Of a DNA stretch of 64,000 bases, positions 9,985 to 19,236 are shown piece by piece. The notes beneath the pieces are model-generated. The model saw only the letters and a program-made list of their open reading frames with translations. It had not been told where the DNA came from and searched no databases. Source of the stretch: Chloroflexota bacterium (lineage in GTDB: Bacteria; Chloroflexota; Dehalococcoidia; UBA2979); NCBI GenBank assembly GCA_002716405.1, contig PBBA01000006.1:289683-353682 (forward strand). The letters are read 5' to 3'. Each line of letters begins with the position of its first letter. The first letter of the stretch is position 1. The position numbers were made by a program, and so were the translations under genes.

Positions 9985-11067
9985 GTGGCGAAGCTATCAA
10001 AAGATCAATTTTTAATTTCTGAAAATTGTGCGGGAATCTCACATATAGACAATGTAATTCAAGACAAGGTCAGAGAAAACCAAGCACAACTTACTAAACC
10101 AGAAGGTTCACTCGGTAGACTAGAAGATTTAGCAATTCATATAGCCGGTATAAAACAAAAAGCTTATCCCACGCTAATAAACAACCTTATAGTTGTTGTA
10201 GCAGCAGATCATGGTATTGCTCAGCAAGGCGTATCCGCATATCCACAAGTAGTAACAAAACAAATGATGGCAAATTTTATAAATCAAGGTGGTGCAATCA
10301 ACGTTTTAGGAAAGTCAATAGGTGCACGCGTAGTGCTTATTGATGCTGGGATTAATAATGGTCATTTTAAGGATACTGCTGTCGTTTCGCTAGGCACTGG
10401 ACATGGTACAGATGACTTTACTAATGGACCTGCCATGACAAGAAAAAATGCTGAAAAATCTGTAGCGACAGGCATTAAATTTTTTAATACAGAATTAAAA
10501 AATAATGAAATAGATATAGTTGCATGTGGCGAAATGGGAATCGGCAATACAACAGCTGCTGCTGCACTCACAGCAGCAATTACGGGAAAAAATCCAAAAA
10601 TAGTTACAGGTAGAGGGACAGGCATTGATGATTTTACTTACAAGAAAAAATTATCTGCTATCGAACAAGCACTGAAAATCAACGTTTTCGATCCAAAAGA
10701 TGCAATCGGATTACTTTCTGCTTTTGGTGGCTATGAAATTGCAGTAATGACAGGTATTTATATTGGTGCAGCGAGAAATAAGGTGCCAATACTAATTGAC
10801 GGAGTAATTTCATCAGTCTCGGCTTTAATTGCAATTATCTTGGAGCCGAAAATTAGTGAATACTTAATATCTTCACACCTCTCGCCAGAACCAGCACATC
10901 AAATCATCCTTGATCGTATGAATCTAATTCCGTTACTGGACCTTGATCTAAGATTAGGAGAGGCCACTGGTGCTGCCTTGGGATTATCATTATGTATTTC
11001 TGCATGCAAATTACTAAACGAAATGGCTACTTTTACTGACGCACAAGTAGCTGGAAAGATTACTTGA
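9985..11067 (+). CDS. cobT: Nicotinate-nucleotide--dimethylbenzimidazole phosphoribosyltransferase
   Basis: LTKPEGSLGRLEDLA, VVAADHG and GEMGIGNTT motifs. The GTG at 9985 has GGAGG 7 nt upstream. In-frame alternative starts are at 9970 (ATG) and 9904 (track), and the latter would overlap the divergent promoter. Confidence 0.85.
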   Translation: MAKLSKDQFLISENCAGISHIDNVIQDKVRENQAQLTKPEGSLGRLEDLAIHIAGIKQKAYPTLINNLIVVVAADHGIAQQGVSAYPQVVTKQMMANFINQGGAINVLGKSIGARVVLIDAGINNGHFKDTAVVSLGTGHGTDDFTNGPAMTRKNAEKSVATGIKFFNTELKNNEIDIVACGEMGIGNTTAAAALTAAITGKNPKIVTGRGTGIDDFTYKKKLSAIEQALKINVFDPKDAIGLLSAFGGYEIAVMTGIYIGAARNKVPILIDGVISSVSALIAIILEPKISEYLISSHLSPEPAHQIILDRMNLIPLLDLDLRLGEATGAALGLSLCISACKLLNEMATFTDAQVAGKIT

Positions 11068-11076
11068 TAAATACAT

Positions 11077-11622
11077 ATGGGCGATCTGATCTTTATAACT
11101 GGAGGAGTACGTAGTGGGAAAAGTACCTTTGCTGAGAAATTAGCAACTGAAGAAGATGTCCCTACTGTATATCTTGCGACTCTAGAACCTTTGGACCTTG
11201 AAATGAAAGAACGTATACATCAACATCAAAAAAGACGCCCACCGCATTGGAAAACAATCGAGACAAAATTTAATATTGCAAAAACTTATCAATCTATTCA
11301 AAATGACCATTGTATTTTATTTGACTGCTTATCTATGTGGGTTACAAATCAACTTTTAATCTATGAAGATGATCTGACTAGTGAAAATATTGAAAAAACA
11401 TATGAAAGCCTACTTTCAGAACTCAGTACCATTTATTCACACGTCCAGAATCGCAGTGCTAAAACAATTATTGTAAGTAATGAAGTAGGTGGAGGTATTG
11501 TTCCGACATCAAAGTTGGCGAGAATTTATAGAGATATGCTTGGCACAATCAATCAATCAGTAGCATCAAATGCCAAGGATGCATGGTTTCTTGTAGCTGG
11601 ACGACCGATAAAACTGCCATGA
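11077..11622 (+). CDS. cobU: Adenosylcobinamide kinase / adenosylcobinamide-phosphate guanylyltransferase
   Basis: P-loop ITGGVRSGKS, ~180 aa, adjacent to cobT. Confidence 0.85.
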   Translation: MGDLIFITGGVRSGKSTFAEKLATEEDVPTVYLATLEPLDLEMKERIHQHQKRRPPHWKTIETKFNIAKTYQSIQNDHCILFDCLSMWVTNQLLIYEDDLTSENIEKTYESLLSELSTIYSHVQNRSAKTIIVSNEVGGGIVPTSKLARIYRDMLGTINQSVASNAKDAWFLVAGRPIKLP

Positions 11623-11631
11623 AATTAGTAA

Positions 11632-13014
11632 TTACTGCCACTCAATTAGAGTAACAATAATTACAATTTTCTCTGTACCACGCATTACGGAAACATCCAC
11701 TTTATCTCCAACATCATACTTATCAATTGCGGCAGCAAGATCAGTAAAATTTTTTATTTCAACATTATTAAATCTCTGAATTATATCTCCTGTAATTATG
11801 CCTGCTTGCAATGCAGCACCTACAGATTCAAGAACAAGTACTCCTCTAACAGGATCAGGATTTTCTTCAGAGAGTATTGGCGTTAGCTGACGGCCAGAAA
11901 TACCTAATTGCGGGTGTTTTATTTTCTGACCAATTTTCATCTTAGGAAGAAATCTTTTAACTGTGTCTGAAGGAACTGCAAAACCTAAACCAACATTTCC
12001 TCTAATTGGTCCAGCAATGGATGTATTTACACCTATTACTTTTCCTGCAAGATTAAAAAGAGGGCCTCCTGAATTTCCTGGATTAATTGGAGCATCTGTC
12101 TGAATGACACTTAAAATTTGGCGATTCGTAAAACTAGATGTTGTATTTCGATCTATAGCAGAAACTATCCCGGCTGAAACGCTAAAATCCTCTGAGAAAG
12201 GATTACCGATAGCAAAAACATTCTCTCCAACTTTGACTTTTGAAGAATCAGCAAATTCAACCGGAGTCAACTTCACTAGATCTGAAGAAACACGCAAAAC
12301 CGCAAGATCATTACTTGGGTCTGATCCAATAAGTTCTGCTGAAACTGTATCACCATTTAGAAAACGTACTCTTATCGCAGTACTACCTTCAATTACATGA
12401 TAGTTTGTGATTATGTGGCCATAACTATCAACCACAAATCCTGATCCATTACTAATACCTAAAGAACCTTGCGATACATTTATTACAACGACACTAGCTA
12501 TTACGTTATCAACCACAAAACTCAGATCTGTATTTAAACTTTCAATACTTCCTAATTCGTTTTTAAGATCATTAATTGTTTCTTTTGTATTTAAATAATT
12601 TTGTTCAACTTTCGAAACCGAACCTTGTGTTTTATCCATCGCTGCCTCGAGAACAGCAATATTTCCTAATTCGTTTTTAAGATCATTAATTGTTTCTTTT
12701 GTATTTAAGTCATTTTGTTTAACTTTCGAAACCGAATTCTGCATTTTTTCTATTTCGGATTTTAGAACAGCCACATTTTCTTGGTAATCAACTGATGATT
12801 GAGTTATACCTTCTAACAATGTAATAGCTTGCTTTTGTATTTTATCTGAATTAGCAAGTTGCTGTTCAATACTATCTTGGCGTACAGCAATATCAATCAT
12901 TGATTTCTCAATTTCAGAATAATCTGCATTAGAGTTGCTAAACAATTGAATGGAAACAAAGGAGCATAAAATAGCTGTAACGAAAATAATTGTAAATAAT
13001 CGAAGGAAATTCAT
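11632..13014 (-). CDS. htrA: Membrane-anchored HtrA/DegP-family serine protease with coiled-coil linker and C-terminal PDZ domain
   Basis: N-terminal TM segment. Catalytic triad contexts TNYHVIEG, NDLAVLRV and GNSGGPLFN. PDZ-like region GVLVLESVGAALQAGIITGDII. Confidence 0.85.
   Translation of the reverse strand: MNFLRLFTIIFVTAILCSFVSIQLFSNSNADYSEIEKSMIDIAVRQDSIEQQLANSDKIQKQAITLLEGITQSSVDYQENVAVLKSEIEKMQNSVSKVKQNDLNTKETINDLKNELGNIAVLEAAMDKTQGSVSKVEQNYLNTKETINDLKNELGSIESLNTDLSFVVDNVIASVVVINVSQGSLGISNGSGFVVDSYGHIITNYHVIEGSTAIRVRFLNGDTVSAELIGSDPSNDLAVLRVSSDLVKLTPVEFADSSKVKVGENVFAIGNPFSEDFSVSAGIVSAIDRNTTSSFTNRQILSVIQTDAPINPGNSGGPLFNLAGKVIGVNTSIAGPIRGNVGLGFAVPSDTVKRFLPKMKIGQKIKHPQLGISGRQLTPILSEENPDPVRGVLVLESVGAALQAGIITGDIIQRFNNVEIKNFTDLAAAIDKYDVGDKVDVSVMRGTEKIVIIVTLIEWQ
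12549..12740 (-). repeat. In-frame 114-bp tandem duplication (about 1.7 copies) inside the htrA coiled-coil region
   Basis: ttcctaattcgtttttaagatcattaattgtttcttttgtatttaa... recurs with a 114-nt period (cctaat at 12551 and 12665). It encodes SVSKV(K/E)QN.LNTKETINDLKNELG twice. Confidence 0.8.
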
Positions 13015-13081
13015 AAGAAATAACTCCCAGATTATTCTATCCCACTAAAGATTAACAAATTAGAAAAGAAATTTATATAAT

Positions 13082-13888
13082 TTATCGACCAGTATAATTT
13101 GGTGGTCTCTTCTCTCGGAAAGCGAGAGGACCTTCTTTAGCATCTTCTGTAAGCTGAGAAATAGTAAACGCATGTTGAGCTGCATTTAGTGATTCTACAA
13201 ATGAAAGACTATCAGCTCTTCTAACCAACTGCTTTCCTAATTGAATGGCCACTGGAGGGCCTTTTGCAAGCTTCTGTGCATAATCCATAACTTCATCCAT
13301 TAAATTATCATGGGGAACTACTTTCAATAGATACCCCATTTCAAGTGCTTCTTCAGCGCCAAAAATTTCACCACTCCAAATTAGATCCAAGGCTTTTTGC
13401 TTTCCAACAATACGAGGTAATAACCATGCACCACCATCACCTGGAACTAGGGCAACGTTTATATAAGACATGCCAAACCTAGCTTTATCTGAAGATATAC
13501 GAATGTCTGCCATCGAAGCCATATCCATACCAGCGCCTACGGCTGCACCATTAATTGCAGCAATGTAAGGCTTATCTAATTGTTCTAAAGCATGTGGAAC
13601 TCGATAAACACTATAACGAAGTGAATTACGTCTTTCAGCAGGACCTGCCTCTTGCATCAAAACTGTATCCTGATCCCCTGTAGCTCTTAAGTCAGCTCCT
13701 GCACAAAAAGCTCTTCCGGCACCAGTAATTACAACCACTCTTATCGAATCATCTTCTTGGCAACGTACAATAGCATCTGCCCACTCACTCAATAATGCAT
13801 CACTAAATGTATTCATACGTTCAGGGCGATTTAACGTAATTACTGCAATACCTTCATTGACATCAAAAAGAATAGCTTCATAGTCCAT
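13082..13888 (-). CDS. Enoyl-CoA hydratase/isomerase (crotonase) family protein
   Basis: VVITGAGRAFCAGADL oxyanion-hole motif and AAINGAAVGAG. Confidence 0.85.
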   Translation of the reverse strand: MDYEAILFDVNEGIAVITLNRPERMNTFSDALLSEWADAIVRCQEDDSIRVVVITGAGRAFCAGADLRATGDQDTVLMQEAGPAERRNSLRYSVYRVPHALEQLDKPYIAAINGAAVGAGMDMASMADIRISSDKARFGMSYINVALVPGDGGAWLLPRIVGKQKALDLIWSGEIFGAEEALEMGYLLKVVPHDNLMDEVMDYAQKLAKGPPVAIQLGKQLVRRADSLSFVESLNAAQHAFTISQLTEDAKEGPLAFREKRPPNYTGR

Positions 13889-14058
13889 TATGATTCCTTA
13901 GCACACTAATTTAGTATTATTTAGATTGAGAAAAGTTTACGCTTTCTATAATTATGTTGCGAGAGACTTTTTATTATATTTTTTTTGTTCAACATAATTT
14001 TAAATGGGGACATGAATTTTTGTGGAATAAAGAGAAACAACAGGTAGCTTTGTTATAG

Positions 14059-15669
14059 ATGTTATTTACTAAATTATTTTCCTTAACAATCAGCGCAATA
14101 TTATTGTGTTCATGTGCCCAGACAAGTGAACTAATTCCAGGTGGAGCTGATCCAACCGCCCTAAACGAAAATGTTCAAGCAACTCCTACACCAATAATAT
14201 TAACACCTACTCCGGAGCCTAAATCATCAAAAATTAAGATTGATATTACTGAACAAGATCAATTATTAGCACAATCAGTCATAAAAATAGAGGTGGAAAG
14301 TAATAATTCTTCTATTAAAACTACTCGAACTGGTAGTGGAGTATTAATTGATGGCGCAAAGGGGTTAATACTGACTTCTTACTCCTTAGTTAATCCATAC
14401 CAAGCTGACGGTTCTCTATCTAATGACGTAATTTATATTTCAACGGACCTGGTCGGCACAGATAATCTAATACCAGACTATCAAGCCATTCTTGTAGACG
14501 CTGAAGTACAACTTGATCTTGCTGTATTGCAAATTAAGCAAACACATGATGGAAAAGATTTGGAAGGTGATCTAGAACTACGTGCGGCCATCATAGGAGA
14601 TCCTGGATTAGTTCAATTCAATGATCGGCTTAGGTTATTCTCTTATGCACATCCAACAAATTCGTCATCAACAAATGGCCATTATTTGACAGTTACAGGA
14701 ACCAAAATAAAAACTATTAGGAAAGAAAATATACAATCAAACATAGAAAAATGGGTTGTCAATACCGAACTAGATTATTCAGCCACAGGAGGGCCGGTTT
14801 TTAATGGCGGTGGAGAGTTAGTAGGAATCTTAATTCCTGAACAGTACTCTTTAATTGCTCCCGTTACTCAAATAAGGCCTTTACATGTAATAAATAAATT
14901 AATCGAAAGAACCAATCAAACTTCGGAAATTAGAGAGGGCATTATTCCTTTATTTGCTGGAAGTGTACAAAAAGAAATAAATTTTGCGAAAAATGCGTGG
15001 ATATGTGCGCCAAAATTTTCTGATCAAGCTAGTTACACAGACAATGAATTACATTTAAGTAACTACAGTAACTACTTTCCAGATGGAACTGAAAACATAT
15101 ATTTCGAATACTGCTTACAAAATTTGGAACAAAATATTCTTGTAGAGGAACGATGGTATCTTGGTGGTATTTTACAAGATTCATTATCAGCCAGCTATGT
15201 CTGGAATGGTGAACCATTTGCAATTATTAGTGATAGGATTGGCGTACCTTCTACTGCTGGATTGCCAGAAGGTAATTGGAAATTAGAAATATGGGCTAAT
15301 CGTATTTTACATTCCGCAAATGATCTAACCATTGGTGAATTATCCGAAAAACCTAAATCCAGTAATACCCAATTAGGTAGTACTGTTTCAAAAAATGGGA
15401 CTCTAATAAAAGATTTAAGTAAAAACACCAAACAACTTTTATTACAATCAGAACTATCAAATACAGAAATGGTGAAAAAATTTAATTGGACCGTTACACA
15501 CAATGATAAAATAAAATATCGCTCGCCAATTTTAGATTGGATTGAAACTCTAAATTCTGATTTTTGGGTAGGGTATGCTCAAAAGGAAACTTTAGAAGAA
15601 GGAAACTGGTCCTTAAAACTTTTTGTTGATGGATTAATTTTGACCGAAGGAAGAATAGTAATTAATTGA
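14059..15669 (+). CDS. Lipoprotein with a degenerate trypsin/HtrA-like domain and a large C-terminal domain of unknown function
   Basis: Signal/lipobox SAILLCSC. GSGVLIDGAKGLILTSYSLV (His position is Ser), DLAVLQI (Asp kept), YSATGGPVFNGGGELVGI (Ser position is Thr). Confidence 0.55.
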   Translation: MLFTKLFSLTISAILLCSCAQTSELIPGGADPTALNENVQATPTPIILTPTPEPKSSKIKIDITEQDQLLAQSVIKIEVESNNSSIKTTRTGSGVLIDGAKGLILTSYSLVNPYQADGSLSNDVIYISTDLVGTDNLIPDYQAILVDAEVQLDLAVLQIKQTHDGKDLEGDLELRAAIIGDPGLVQFNDRLRLFSYAHPTNSSSTNGHYLTVTGTKIKTIRKENIQSNIEKWVVNTELDYSATGGPVFNGGGELVGILIPEQYSLIAPVTQIRPLHVINKLIERTNQTSEIREGIIPLFAGSVQKEINFAKNAWICAPKFSDQASYTDNELHLSNYSNYFPDGTENIYFEYCLQNLEQNILVEERWYLGGILQDSLSASYVWNGEPFAIISDRIGVPSTAGLPEGNWKLEIWANRILHSANDLTIGELSEKPKSSNTQLGSTVSKNGTLIKDLSKNTKQLLLQSELSNTEMVKKFNWTVTHNDKIKYRSPILDWIETLNSDFWVGYAQKETLEEGNWSLKLFVDGLILTEGRIVIN

Positions 15670-15709
15670 TTTTCCATGTATTTCATTAAGTCAATGAAAG
15701 GGCTAACTA

Positions 15710-16375
15710 ATGCACAGTATCGGAATAATCGGAGGTACAGGTCCTGAAGGGCGTGGTCTCGCCACAAGATTTGCTATTGCAGGACATAAAATAATAATCG
15801 GAAGTCGTAATGAAAAGCGTGGACTAGATGTGGCTACTGAGCTTTCAGAGACTCTTAATAAATCATTTCCAGACAAACTGAATATATCAGGAACAAACAA
15901 CCGTGATACAGCTAGAGAATCAGATATTGCTATTATTACAGTTCCCTACGATGCCCATTTAGAAACTCTATCCGAATTATCACCTTATCTATCAGATAAA
16001 ATAGTAATAGATGCTGTAGTACCAGTAAAATTTGAACGTGGCCCTCGACCTATTCCCGTTGAAGCTGGTTCTGCAACTGAAGAAGCTGCAAAATTACTTG
16101 AAAATAGCTTTGTAATTGGAGCGTTCCACAATTTATCTGCTGAAAAACTCTTAGAACCAAACTTATCGTTAGACTCTGATGTACTTATAACTGGTAATAG
16201 TAAAGATGCTAAAAATATAGCTATCAATCTCGCAAATGAAATTAAAGGGGTTCGTGCTATCGATGCAGGTCCATTAAGATATTCACAATTTATAGAGAAT
16301 CTAACTGTACTGTTGATAGGAATCAATGGACGATATAAAACAGAAACAGGATTAAAAATTTCGGGAATTGATTAG
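15710..16375 (+). CDS. npdG: NADPH-dependent F420 reductase (NpdG/Fno family)
   Basis: IGIIGGTGPEGRGLATRFAIAGHKIIIGSR dinucleotide fold, ~220 aa, followed by cofE. Confidence 0.78.
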   Translation: MHSIGIIGGTGPEGRGLATRFAIAGHKIIIGSRNEKRGLDVATELSETLNKSFPDKLNISGTNNRDTARESDIAIITVPYDAHLETLSELSPYLSDKIVIDAVVPVKFERGPRPIPVEAGSATEEAAKLLENSFVIGAFHNLSAEKLLEPNLSLDSDVLITGNSKDAKNIAINLANEIKGVRAIDAGPLRYSQFIENLTVLLIGINGRYKTETGLKISGID

Positions 16376-16388
16376 AGAGATTATTAAA

Positions 16389-17147
16389 ATGAAAAAAACA
16401 GAAATTCGAGTAATACCTGTTAATGGAATACCAATTATACAACCAAATGATGACTTAGCATTACAGATTCTCGAGGCAGCGAAAACGCAAAATTTAGAGA
16501 TTGTAGAAGATGATGTTATCGTTATTACGCAGAGAATCGTTTCAAGGGCTGAGGATCGTATACGGCCTTTAGATGAATTCAATCCTTCACCTTTTGCTTT
16601 ACAGTATGCAAAAAACTATCAAAAGGACCCGAGAGTGGTTGAAGCTGTATTAACTGAATCTAAAAGGGTTATTAGGCAAGTCGGTGGTGTATTGATTACA
16701 GAAACACACCATGGATTTAAATGCGCCAATGCAGGAGTAGATGCGTCTAATGTAGGTAACTCTGAAATGATTTCACTCCTACCAATCGATCCAGACAAAT
16801 CGTGCAACTTAATTCGAAAAAATTTCCTAAAACACAATGGATCTAATGTTGCTGTAATTATGACTGATACATTTGGTCGTCCTTGGAGGCACGGTCAAAC
16901 AAATGTAGCTATTGGTGTTGCAGGAATGCTACCTTTTCGTGATTACATTGGCGAGGTAGATATGGACGGAAGAGAGTTAGCAGTAACAACAATATGTGTT
17001 GCTGATGAATTAGCTGGGATGGCTGAATTAGTCATGGGTAAAAGTGATGGTATTCCAGTCGCCATAATCAAAGGGTACTCATTTCCAAGAGGTAATGGTT
17101 CATCTAAAGAAATTGTTCGTGAAACGGCATTAGATCTTTTTCCCTAA
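16389..17147 (+). CDS. cofE: Coenzyme F420-0:L-glutamate ligase (CofE/FbiB N-domain family)
   Basis: VVITQRIVSRAEDR, GFKCANAGVDASN and TDTFGRPWRHGQTNVAIG. The track ORF starts at TTG 16368, overlapping the npdG stop; the ATG at 16389 is the alternative used here. Confidence 0.78.
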   Translation: MKKTEIRVIPVNGIPIIQPNDDLALQILEAAKTQNLEIVEDDVIVITQRIVSRAEDRIRPLDEFNPSPFALQYAKNYQKDPRVVEAVLTESKRVIRQVGGVLITETHHGFKCANAGVDASNVGNSEMISLLPIDPDKSCNLIRKNFLKHNGSNVAVIMTDTFGRPWRHGQTNVAIGVAGMLPFRDYIGEVDMDGRELAVTTICVADELAGMAELVMGKSDGIPVAIIKGYSFPRGNGSSKEIVRETALDLFP

Positions 17148-17182
17148 ATATTATCGATCAGAAACAATGACTGAAGGTATCT

Positions 17183-17413
17183 ATGAGAATGAAAAATTTA
17201 GAATTCTTAAAAACTATTCTAGTAAATGATGATGATCCACGTTTCCCGATATGGCTACCTATCCCAGCGCTATTCGTTACACTTGGGTGGACTTTTTATG
17301 CTGTTACAACAAGCTCAATAGGTTTTTTCGAATCATTAATATGGCCAGGATCAGCCATATTTTTTTGTACCCTGGTTGCCACTTGGTTAGGTTGGCAAAT
17401 TGATATCGATTAA
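17183..17413 (+). CDS. Small two-TM membrane protein, unknown function
   Basis: Two hydrophobic stretches (WLPIPALFVTLGWTFYAV and SAIFFCTLVATWLGW). No recognisable family. Confidence 0.4.
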   Translation: MRMKNLEFLKTILVNDDDPRFPIWLPIPALFVTLGWTFYAVTTSSIGFFESLIWPGSAIFFCTLVATWLGWQIDID

Positions 17414-17424
17414 GTAGGCTCAGA

Positions 17425-18453
17425 GTGATATATATTTTCTACGGTACTGATGAATTTCAAACATCACAAGAATTATCTTCCTTAAAGAAAGAGCTCGACG
17501 ATGGAATGCTGGACTCTAACACAACGATACTACAAGGGCGTGGTTTAACTGCAGAAATATTAATTCAAAACATCATGGCTATCCCCTTTCTTTCTAGTAA
17601 TAGACTGGTAATTGTTGAAGGTCTTATCGCAGCGCTAGGATCTAGAAAAGGAACTTTAGAGAAATGGACCTCGCTTTTAGAGCTTTTGCCTACTATTCCA
17701 AGCTCAAACCATTTGGTTTTTATTGAACTACCTACACAAAATCGAGAAAACACTTCACGAAGTCCATTATTTAAAGAGATCTCGCAATTGGACAATGTAA
17801 ATATAATCGAGTCAAAAGAACTTAAAAACTGGTCATTCCAAGGTCAATCTGAATTAGAGCACTGGATTCAATTAAGAGCACAAGAAAAGAAAATTGATAT
17901 TGAAAATGATGCAATCAAATCCATCATTGAATTAATGGGGGCAAATTTACGCTCTATAGATAACGAATTAGATAAATTAAAAACTTTTGTTAGAGCAAGA
18001 AGCACTAACTATATTTCTGTCAACGATACTACTCTGCTAACACCGATGTCTAAAGATGAAAACTTATTTAACCTCGTTGATTCAATAGTTGAAGGTAATA
18101 TTTCCAAATCATTTCAATTGATGCATAACATCTTAAATTCAGGAAAGGTCGCACCGAGTCGTATCGTGTCATTAATTTCGAGACAGACTCGACTTATGAT
18201 TCGCACGGCAGAATTATTAGAACAAGGAACTGAAAAAAAAATGATAGGGGATAACATTGGTGTTCGTGCTAACTACCCTCTAGACAAAATAATCAAACAA
18301 ACAAAAAATAGTGATCTAAAAAAAATAATTTCAAATTTGAGGTATTTAGAACTTACTGACTCATATATCAAGCAAGGGAAAATGACAGAACAATTAGGCC
18401 TTGAATTAATTATTTGTAATTTTGCCGTTAAGAAAACTGTAAGGGCTTCATAG
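17425..18453 (+). CDS. holA: DNA polymerase III delta subunit
   Basis: IYIFYGTDEF start, ~340 aa, delta-subunit-like helical C-terminal domain. Confidence 0.72.
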   Translation: MIYIFYGTDEFQTSQELSSLKKELDDGMLDSNTTILQGRGLTAEILIQNIMAIPFLSSNRLVIVEGLIAALGSRKGTLEKWTSLLELLPTIPSSNHLVFIELPTQNRENTSRSPLFKEISQLDNVNIIESKELKNWSFQGQSELEHWIQLRAQEKKIDIENDAIKSIIELMGANLRSIDNELDKLKTFVRARSTNYISVNDTTLLTPMSKDENLFNLVDSIVEGNISKSFQLMHNILNSGKVAPSRIVSLISRQTRLMIRTAELLEQGTEKKMIGDNIGVRANYPLDKIIKQTKNSDLKKIISNLRYLELTDSYIKQGKMTEQLGLELIICNFAVKKTVRAS

Positions 18454-18467
18454 CTAAAAAAACAAAT

Positions 18468-19106
18468 TTACATCGATCGAATTGCCGTAACTACTCGACC
18501 TTGGATTTCAACATTGGCTGGATCAGCAAAAATTGGTTCCATAGTCGCATTCATTGGTTGCAATCGAATTTTGTTACCTTCATGAAAAAATTTCTTTAGA
18601 GTGGTTTCGTTTTCATTTTTGAGCCAAACAGCAACCATTTCACCATTATCACAGCTCGACGTTGGCTCAAGGACAACAATATCACCATCATTAATTAATG
18701 CATCAATCATTGATGTGCCTTCAACCATTAAAGCAAAAACTTTCTTTCCTTGAGTCTGATCTTCTGTAAGCTCTAGCATTTCCTGATCTGTAGACCATAG
18801 ATCATTTTCTGAAGGCATAGGCAAAGGTACACCAGCAGCAATTTTACCTAAGATAGGGACAGATATTGTTCGCTTGATTTGATTATTTTCTAGAGAAATT
18901 GAACGTGAAATTTCTTTTCCGCGATTAATGAAACCTTTTTCTTCTAGATGCCTCAAATTGTAATCAACAACAGAGGTGGAAGAAATATCACACCCATTTT
19001 GAATCTCTCTTACTGAAGGTGGATATTGATTATCCTCCATAAATTCAATTAAGAATTGTAAGATTGTCTTTTGTCGCAACGATAGATCTGCCATTTGAGG
19101 ATCCAT
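18468..19106 (-). CDS. lexA: LexA repressor
   Basis: Winged-helix N-domain (LSLRQKTILQFL...PPSVREI). Ala-Gly cleavage site KIAAGVP. S24 peptidase Ser (VEGTSMIDA) and Lys (LKKF). Confidence 0.9.
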   Translation of the reverse strand: MDPQMADLSLRQKTILQFLIEFMEDNQYPPSVREIQNGCDISSTSVVDYNLRHLEEKGFINRGKEISRSISLENNQIKRTISVPILGKIAAGVPLPMPSENDLWSTDQEMLELTEDQTQGKKVFALMVEGTSMIDALINDGDIVVLEPTSSCDNGEMVAVWLKNENETTLKKFFHEGNKIRLQPMNATMEPIFADPANVEIQGRVVTAIRSM

Positions 19107-19134
19107 AGAAACTCCTGAATTTTTATCTCAAATC

Positions 19135-19150
19135 AAACACATATGTTCTA
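19135..19150. promoter_or_regulatory. Candidate LexA (Cheo-type) operator upstream of lexA
   Basis: The lexA-strand reading is TAGAAC-ATAT-GTGTTT. The left half matches AGAAC-N4-GTTCT and the right half is degenerate. It lies about 30-45 nt upstream of the lexA start. Confidence 0.3.
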
Positions 19151-19236
19151 ATTAAGATACCACCAGCACAAATATAATCAACTTGTTAGAATTAAATAAA
19201 CAGATGATTAACGAAACTACTTAGGTTGAACAAAAA

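Noticed and set aside
12549-12740. Direct repeats considered as a CRISPR-like or mobile-element signature
   Set aside because: There are only two units, contiguous with no spacers, in frame, and encoding a coiled-coil duplication inside htrA.
15195-16326. Minus-strand ORFs 15195..15503, 15579..15767, 15703..15900 and 15985..16326
   Set aside because: They are antisense to the trypsin-fold lipoprotein and npdG genes and have no motifs.
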